Assembly: GCA_013239625.1 (NCBI GenBank) | Contig: MU054187.1 | Coordinates: 12,928,974-12,992,973, forward strand | Direction: 5' to 3' | Length of the DNA: 64,000 bases | Source: Lama guanicoe | Taxonomy: Eukaryota | In this document: piece by piece, positions 55,850-64,000 of the stretch | How the letters are laid out: each line of letters opens with the position of its first letter | Position numbering within the stretch: position 1 is the stretch's first letter | Made by a program: the position numbers and the translations under genes | The notes under the pieces: generated by a model | What the model was told of the DNA's origin: nothing | Databases searched by the model: none | The model's input: the letters and a program-made list of their open reading frames with translations, nothing else

Positions 55850-56165
55850 ATTTTATTATAAAAATTTTCATACCTACAGAAAAGTTGGACGAATTATACA
55901 GTGAACAGCCATAAACTTACCACCAGGATTTCACAACGAAAATTTTACTATATTTACTTTCCCACATCTATTCCTCATAAAACTGTCTTATTCTACATGA
56001 ACTAAAAAAAATAAGTTGCAGACATCATACAGTTCCCTGAAACACTTCCGCATTCATATCATTAACTAGAGTTCATATTTGTTTATGGTTATTTTTTCTT
56101 TTCAGTAAAATATACATAATGAAATGAAAAGACCTTAAATGTGCCATTGGATGATCTTCCACAGA
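55850..56165 (-). mobile_element. Old L1 (L1MC-like) 3' relic
   Basis: AAAATTTTCATACCTACAGAAAAGTTG...TACAGTGAACAGCCATA...AAGTTGCAGACATCAT recognised by eye. Confidence 0.55.
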
Positions 56166-56359
56166 TACCCACATTTAGATTCCAAAGTGGGATCTAAACA
56201 ATTTTTAGTGCGTTATAATAATGAAAGCATGGCACAGTGGTGTGGAAAGATTGCTCCAATTTTAAGAATCAAAGTAGCAATAAAACATACGCAATTTATG
56301 GCCTAGGCAACATTTATGTAGAATTTTCACAGGGAAGAGTAATCATTTAAAAACTAGTT

Positions 56360-56545
56360 TATGTTTACTGAGCACTTACTCCATGCCTGGCATTGTGCTC
56401 ATAAGAACTTTACAAGCAATAGCTTATTTGCTCCTCAAGGCAACTCTCTGAGATTAATTTATTGTAATTGTCACATTTCAAAGATGAGGAAACTGCAGCT
56501 CAAAGATGTTTAAAAACTAGCCTAAGGTCACCCAGGTAGGCTTCA
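56360..56545 (-). mobile_element. MIR SINE relic
   Basis: TTTACTGAGCACTTACTCCATGCCTGGCATTGTGCT...CATTTCAAAGATGAGGAAACTG. Confidence 0.72.
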
Positions 56546-57324
56546 AGTTTCTTTGATTACCGTACCTTTTATGAAACCACTGAAAAGTCAAACATTGTCC
56601 AATTAGGGTTTTATCATCCTTAATCATGCCGCTCGTGGAGATCCGAACAATCAGCGAACGGCACAGCAACAGGAGAGTCCCAGAATAGCAGGGCACTGAA
56701 CACAAGTGTATCAGTGAATGTTGCAAATTAGCGGATGGTAAAATAAACTAGTGTATGAAGATTGGAAACAGATGAGCTGGCTCAGACTCAGAACCTCAAT
56801 CATATCAATCTGGCAAAAAAACGGTTGACTTGCCTAAAATGTTATCAACCTACCAAATTTACATCTCAGGTCAGACCCTTTTCCCATCTTCTCCACTCTT
56901 CACCAAATCACAGGAGCTCCCAGACACAAATCCTCCCCGCACTGTGTATTAGTCAGGCAAGTGCTGGGCACCCCAGGTAGTCAGAGTACCTGCAAAGGCT
57001 ATTAGGCGATGTGAGGATCTCAAAGTGGGAGGGGACATCCTCTCCCTCTATGCAGACGCTGCCGCAGCCAGTCCCAGTGGACATGTTTGTTTAAAAATAT
57101 AATATGTATTATTATTTAATGATAGTGGTGATTCTTTGATCACACAGGAGATGGCAGTGACTGTGCTTAGTACTTTAGGTCTGTTGCTGCCTTTAAAGAA
57201 CCTTGAGCCTCCACTACGTGAAATACATCCAGTGATAAAGATGCCAGCCCCACGCTTCCCAGTGGGGAAGGCAGAGGCTCAGAGATCATACATCATAACA
57301 ACAACAACAACAAAAGCAGCCAGT

Positions 57325-57550
57325 GGGTGTTAAGGACTCCCTTGGAGTCAGACTGTTCTAAGCGCTTTACCAACTCATTGAACTCTCCTTGCACCCCTAG
57401 AGGTGGATATTATTATTACCTTCATTTTACAGACCGACAAGCAGAGATGGAGAGCAATTCCGTAATTATTCAGCATCACACTCCCTGACTGGTAAGCGGC
57501 AGAGCTGGTATCCCGGCTTCAGAGCCTTCTCCCAACCCCCTGCTCTGCTG
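57325..57550 (-). mobile_element. MIR SINE relic
   Basis: ACTGTTCTAAGCGCTTTAC...ATTATTACCTTCATTTTACAGA...GGTAAGCGGCAGAGCTGG. Confidence 0.65.
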
Positions 57551-59809
57551 TCCCGCAAAGCCCACACGTTAGTAACGCAATCAGTAAACAAGCTGAACTT
57601 TTTTAAGCGCAGGTTAGTTTGACTGCAAAATCCATGCTCTCACCATCATGCAATGCAACTTTCATTCTCCACCTTTCTTTAGGCAAGTATCGGACAAAAA
57701 TTTGTGCTGAGAGAGTAATATATAAACAAGCACGTGATTTCAGATTAAAATGTCTTTATAATTTCTTACGTGGAGTCTTTTCTCCACATCTACCACCCGT
57801 TGAATACTGTTTCAAAATACTATCTAAGTGTTTTTCCAAGACAAAGACTTAATTACATTCCTCTCCTGTGTGCAAGCCTTCAGGTCACCCAGCTCCTTCA
57901 GGTTTGAATCCAAACCCCTGAGCCAGGTTCACGAAGCCCTTTATCATCCGCTAAAGGGTGATGGTCTCAGCCCCATCTCTGTGTGCTCTGCCTGGGTCTC
58001 ACACCACACACACATTCACACATGCACAGCACCCCTGGGATTAGGGATGTCTTTACTACAACAGAATAGTCCACGGTCTCCCTTCCTTCCTGGCTTGGCA
58101 CCCAGTGTTTTTCTACCTCTCCTTCGAGACTCCGTTGAAGCTTTCTCAGAGTGCAGAAACCATCCTCAACCATTTCAGGCATGACTAGGTGTGCCTCCTC
58201 CTCTGGAGAATACAGTCCTTATCATAAAGTGTGGTGGCCCTCTGATCATAGTTCTGCAAATCACAGTAGACTAGGAACCTGTCCTTGGCAAGAATGGCAT
58301 TTGGTAAATTTCTAGACACAATCACTTAATAAGTATTTCTTGAATTAACAATGAAATGGTGGATATATAGTATGATATATATTCCTATATATCACATATT
58401 CTTAAAAATATGTATATTCTTTTCACTGAGGTGTGTATATATTCTTGCTCTTGTAATTTTCCCCACCTTAAAAATGTTTATCTCCAATCATGATTTCTTT
58501 CCACCTATGTTTTTAGTAGGTGTATTAACCGCTTGATCTTTATATCATTCAGTTGTTTCTTGGACTATGTGGAAGTTGATTCATCACTGCTGATTGCTAA
58601 AAGTCCAAGTAGAAGTTTCCATATATGACACAGTTCATCCATACATATCAAATCGAGCCCATTACTACGGAACAAATTAAAACTCAGCAGCAATGCAACT
58701 GTTCTCTGGATGGACAGCCCTTCGCTCCTACACGAATTGGTCTGTGAAATGACCATTTTCGAAAATTTGAAAAATGGGCTTTAGCGACTTGTTGAATCTG
58801 CTCATGCTTTGTAAATAAAACTAGTGAGTCTCTCCTCCTGTGATCATTCACCTGCATTATCTACATAGTAACATACAGGAACAAACATCTGCTGACTGCT
58901 TAATTACGGCTGAGCCCCAGCTGCCTGCTGAGGACGCGCTAGTGGACAGGACTGGCTTTGCCTCTAAGGGAGCCTGACCCTCGATGAGCTGAAAAACACA
59001 TATACACGGAAGCTGTCATTCCTTCATTGAGTAATAACCTTAGATAAGGTAACATAAAAATTTCTTAAGGCAGGTAAGTACTTCGGTAAGCACTAGGCTT
59101 TCAGGCTACTGTGAACCCATGTTTCAGGGTGTACAAGATGTGGGTGGGCTTTGAAATCAGCCCAACATGACTTTGAACCTCTTTTCCGACACGGGTGATA
59201 CACTGTGTAAACATAGACTAGTCACTTTAACTCTTTAAAGAGATAAAAGTTACCCTAAATTTTTTTTTGAGGATAAAATAAATAAGGTAGGTAGAGGGAA
59301 TAAAGATGTACTCCATCAGCTGTTAAGAATTCAGTCAGTTCAGCTCATAGTCCTTACATTGCTAAAGAAGTATTCTTTCCCCCCAGAATAGCCCCGTATC
59401 AGTAAGAGATGCGATGATAAAACAGGGAAGTATTTTAGATTTTGATTTAGATTCATTTTATCAGAGGAAAAAATGCTTCCAATTTGTATTACAGGGAGTA
59501 CTGTAACATAACCTCGTTGGAATGTGTTTGGTGGAATTTGCCCGCCTTTTTCAGTATAATGGGATACTGGAGGCATGAAACAAAACTGAAAATTTCACAA
59601 AACCGGCCAACTACCTTGTAGACAATCATAGGAAGCTTTTAGTTAGAAACGATTTGGGGTCCTAAAACTTAATATAAATCCTTGATTAGTTTCTCAAACT
59701 TTATATTTTCTCAGTAAAGGCAATATTTAGCAGGCATTGAGGATAGCTATGTGCCAGATAACTTTTCCCTACCCAAAGTGAAAATGGAAAAGTAGAAAAC
59801 TTGCAGATA

Positions 59810-59844
<35 letters not shown>
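59810..59844. repeat. (TG)n(TA)n microsatellite
   Basis: Directly visible. Confidence 0.95.
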
Positions 59845-61329
59845 TTTTCTATTATGCTGTAAGTTTGGAGGCAAAGAGAGGAGAATGAATTACTCTTGGA
59901 CTTTCCTCCAAGTCAGCACAAGCATGTGCACATGCACACCACTTTATCTATATACTGCTCACCCCAAAACACCCTTGGGCATCATTACTTACAGTGGGAA
60001 TCCATGACCACAGGGATAAAGATTAACCTAAATATTAGCACTTGTTAATGGTTTGCACATCTCTCTGGGGGGAACCAGTTTCTCCCAGAGGTAGGATGCT
60101 CGTAGGGAGATACATATTTCTGCTCATACGTAAGTTCTGGCCCAGCTAGGGGAGGGATGCCACAGAACTATGAGGTATGGGGAGTAGGTGAAAACTATCT
60201 ACATAGAGTTTATCATTTATCAAGAAACTCTGAGCCTAGTTTCAGGCAGTAAGTATTGGAGTTCCCACTTTTACTATAGAAGATACAGTTAGTGATACAG
60301 AACAGGCTAGAGCATTTCTGCCAACCTGCAAGACCCTACACACACCACCCCTTTACTCCTCCCACTTGACCCCTTACAGGCCCTGTCATTCTCCTCCCGC
60401 CCCCAGAGCGGAGCATGCGTGCTCCCACCTCTCGGCTTTGGTAACTGCTCTTCCCGCAGATCTTCAACAAAAACCATGTAAGCTGCTTCTTCGAGATTCG
60501 CTTGGTTAGTATCACCTGGTTCTCAAAGTTCAGAGAAATGTGACCATGTATATCATCCACTTCAAAACCTTTTTGAGGTAGAAAATACCGATTCTGAGCA
60601 GTAGCAAAACTGCAACCACTTTAAAAATTTCCCAGTAACACTGCTTCCGTCCAAATGTGCATATAATAATGACTATTATAATGAAAAGCAGGGATGACTT
60701 CCCATCTCCGTTTGATCCCAGAGAGGCTTAACATAGACAGACGGCTGAAGGAATTATAATTAAGTCTAAAGCTTTGAAAACTAGTAAGAGACAATCCCCT
60801 AGAAGTTAATCTATTGATGCAACATGCTATGTGCACACAACACGAGGAAGAAATCTCACACACTCATGCACAAGAGAACTTAAGAACCAGAGTACAACTA
60901 CCCTTAGGAGATGTCCTTATAATGAAGTCCTTTTGTCATCAAAGCCTATGCCATTGGTCCTTTTACAGCTCTGCTGTTGGCTGGAGAATGGTGTCCTCCA
61001 GTCATGAAAACACCAACATGACAGTAGAGGCACCCATGTCTAGTACAAAGGTTTTAGAAAAGGCACCAGCAGATGATGGGAATCATCTATTCTCTCTCTC
61101 TTGAGTGATACAGTGATTTGAAAACCCAGGCTCTGGACTCAAATAGAACTTGACTCAAATACCAGATCAGATACCAGTGGTACTAATTACAAACCACGTG
61201 CCTTTCAACTTGGTATTTAACTTTCCAAGACCCAGTTTTCTTGTGCATAAAATAGCTATAGTACCATCGAAGAGACTACAATTTACACGTAGCCTAGCAG
61301 TTAATAGATACAGAGTACTTAGTAAGTTC

Positions 61330-61500
61330 CAAGCATGTTACAAGTTTTACTTATCCTTACAGCAAGCCTGATACAAGAGCTGCTCTTATGCCCATTTTAC
61401 AGATGAGGAAACTGAGATACACAGAAGCTAATGTGCCCGAGCTCATACAGCTGGTAAATTACAGCTGGGATTCAAACCCAGTGACTTAACCATTATGTTG
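61330..61500 (-). mobile_element. MIR SINE relic (tail-to-tail with a plus-strand MIR at about 61105-61310)
   Basis: CCCATTTTACAGATGAGGAAACTGAG core; GCTGGGATTCAAACCCAG. Confidence 0.75.
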
Positions 61501-64000
61501 TCAATCTCAAAGGATTTTCTAAAGATTAATGAATCACAGAGAATGGTCAGCTTAGTGACTAACAATAGGCTATTCCCCCAAATTAGCCATTATTATTATT
61601 AACTAGCAGCAGGCATGTGAAAATTATTTTCATATACTACATACGCAAATATTAACTTTTAAATTTTTTTCATTCTTTCATAGTTTTTGCTAAAGAACAG
61701 TTTAAAAGAGGCCAATTCTGTGGCTATACACAAACTCTAAAACGTCATTTAGAAACTCCCTTCCTCCCAATGTCCCTTAATCATTCAGAAACTAAAACAT
61801 GTGCAGAAGATAAACAACAATAAAATTAGATTATCATTTTTTCTATTGACAACAAAATATCTGACCACAAATATATAAACATAGCTTTTAAAATGTAGCC
61901 TCAAGCCATAATTTTGTACACATTCATTTGAGCTTATATATTTCTCATAAATAAGATTTTAAAAAATACTCTAGTTGGATATAACTATTTTACTAAATTA
62001 AAATTATAGTGAGGAAAACAAATTCAGATAATTTGTGTTCTAAGCTTTGTAGAAATGATAAAGCAACTTTAAAATAACTTCTGATAATAGAAATTTGTAA
62101 AATTGAATTAACCTATCATCCTAAAATATGCAATGCACAATTAAATCCATCTTAACATGCAGAAAACTTAGCCACCTAACTCAAGATTGCATCTCTTATC
62201 ATCTTGGAAATCTGATATACCAATTCAAAATTACTATTTGAATTACCATCAGAATTCCTGAAACCCTGTTTGGAGTGAAGATTCCAATTGCATCTGGTTT
62301 TATGTCACTTAAAGGCAAATTCCTCTACTTTAAGACAAGTTTAGCTTCTTCCTGAGTTTGAATCTAAATTTACAGTAGAAAAAGCTCAGAATTAGAGCTC
62401 TTAGTTCTGCTCACTCACACCTCTTTTTTGCCCTCCCCCATCCCTCACCCCCAGACAACCAAAAATAAACACTCAAACTAGCAATATATGAACTGACCAA
62501 TCTTAGGCTCCCATGGACTTAAGACAACCAGAAAAAACAAAGATGGAAAGAATCACTGCTTTGCAAACAAGGCTTTAATTAGGTCCGCAAATAAAAACCC
62601 TTTTACTGCTAGAGCCCTGAGTCCTTCTGAAGAAATGTGTCCCACCTAATTCTCACACTTAAACACAACACAAACATCAACGCGCAGCCTCTACTAAAGA
62701 GAAGCTTGAACATACACCCACACGTTGGAAATCTTCTCCGATTAGATGCTGCAATATTTGTCTAAGAGAAACATTACCCCCCAAAAGCCTATGTCTTAAA
62801 AATGATGCTTTAACAATCTCTCTAATAAGAAATTTCTCTTCCATCCTGTCCTGGAAGACAAACTGCCCCAAAGAGTAGGAAAAATAGTGAAAAGAAAAGC
62901 CACAAATGATATTTTCATAACCATTCCATCAGTCTCTCCAGGTCAAGCTTTAATTGTTTAATCGTAACTAAAATATTTATTAATTCATCTGGAAACATAG
63001 CACTTCTAACAGTGCTTTTCCGAATGCAAGTCAAGCATTTAGGTATGCTATTTTATATTTTTTGCCTATTTATGTTTTCTATTTCAAAGATTTATAAAGT
63101 GGGTGAAACCAACTGTTCACTGCACCAGTAACGATTCACAGGAGAACTTGGAATCAAATACAAAAATATGAAGAGTTGCAACTTTTGAAATAGGAAACAT
63201 TAAAACAACGATTCTCACTAAAGAACATTTCAACTAGGAAATTTGAAAAAGCAAAATGTTTGAGGCTGTAGCTCAGTGTCTGTCCTTATCCCTTAGATGA
63301 ACCATGAAAAGAGACACTAGCCTGTGAATACAGAACCTACAAACACTGAGTCTTATGATAATTTGGCAGCAGACTTAAGAAGAAACTTAATATTCTCTGC
63401 CTCTCCACTCCATTCCCTTCTTGTTTGTTCTTCAGATGAAGTTATGGGTTTTGATACAGGAGATTTTCATGTTTTCTTAGCCTCATTATAGGAACAAGTG
63501 GTTGCAGGAAATTGGGGGGAAAAAAGGCTCTGGTGAAAGAAGACAGTCTATAAAAGTGGAGGCAGGGCCAACAACTGTGTAAACTAAAGGGAAGCTTGGT
63601 TGATCTAATTAAGGAGACAATTCCAATTGGGCCACAGTGAAGTCACTTAAAATCAGTCATGGCAGAGATAGGTAGAAATACTCCTTACGGAGTTAGGAGA
63701 GGTGATTGATCTTTTAAACATGCTTTGAAATGTGAAGAAATTTCTTGTTCTTTCATTCCTCCAGTTCATTGGTAAACACTACTGGTTGCAAAATAAATAA
63801 GATTTCAAAGAAAGAATAGGAAAATCCATAATGATCATATCCCAGGAAAGCTGGCCAGACACTATGAATTTGCTGATTTTAAGCTCGATTCCTCTAGTGG
63901 TGACTGAGAGAAATGATACAAATGCATTATGCAACATGTAAGTAGCATGAGAAATTGATTCACAAACTTAATAATAGCCCAGAACTTTCTGATATTGTTT

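Noticed and set aside
61105..61500. Inverted MIR pair as a dsRNA hairpin
   Set aside because: The copies are too diverged to support stable pairing by eye; a common arrangement.
46371..64000. Upstream EYA1 exon with the start codon (MEMQDLTSPH...)
   Set aside because: Not found by eye or in the ORF track; presumably beyond the window end. The next downstream exon likewise was not found in 1-15073.

Overview
Mammalian genomic DNA, probably a camelid judging by the tRNA-derived SINE and young L1 3' ends (inference). The whole window lies inside the EYA1 (eyes absent homolog 1) gene on the minus strand. Six internal coding exons are visible (78, 70, 146, 138, 83 and 187 nt; roughly human coding exons 4-9, numbering from memory). 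All have GT-AG boundaries and splice into one open frame encoding the N-terminal Pro/Ser/Thr/Tyr-rich transactivation region. The start codon and the HAD-phosphatase EYA domain lie outside the window. The rest is intron filled with L1 fragments, SINEs, MIR/L2 relics and microsatellites. The most unusual object is an apparently perfect 8 x 156 bp tandem array (28340-29584) with a 3-nt junction insert; each unit carries splice-site-like signals on the EYA1 sense strand. Also notable: a 5'-half tRNA-Gly(TCC) retrocopy abutting an L1 fragment, a twin-primed inverted mini-L1, tandem alternative acceptors, and UGCAUG clusters next to exons. No prokaryotic-type system is present, and I cannot claim a new biological system.
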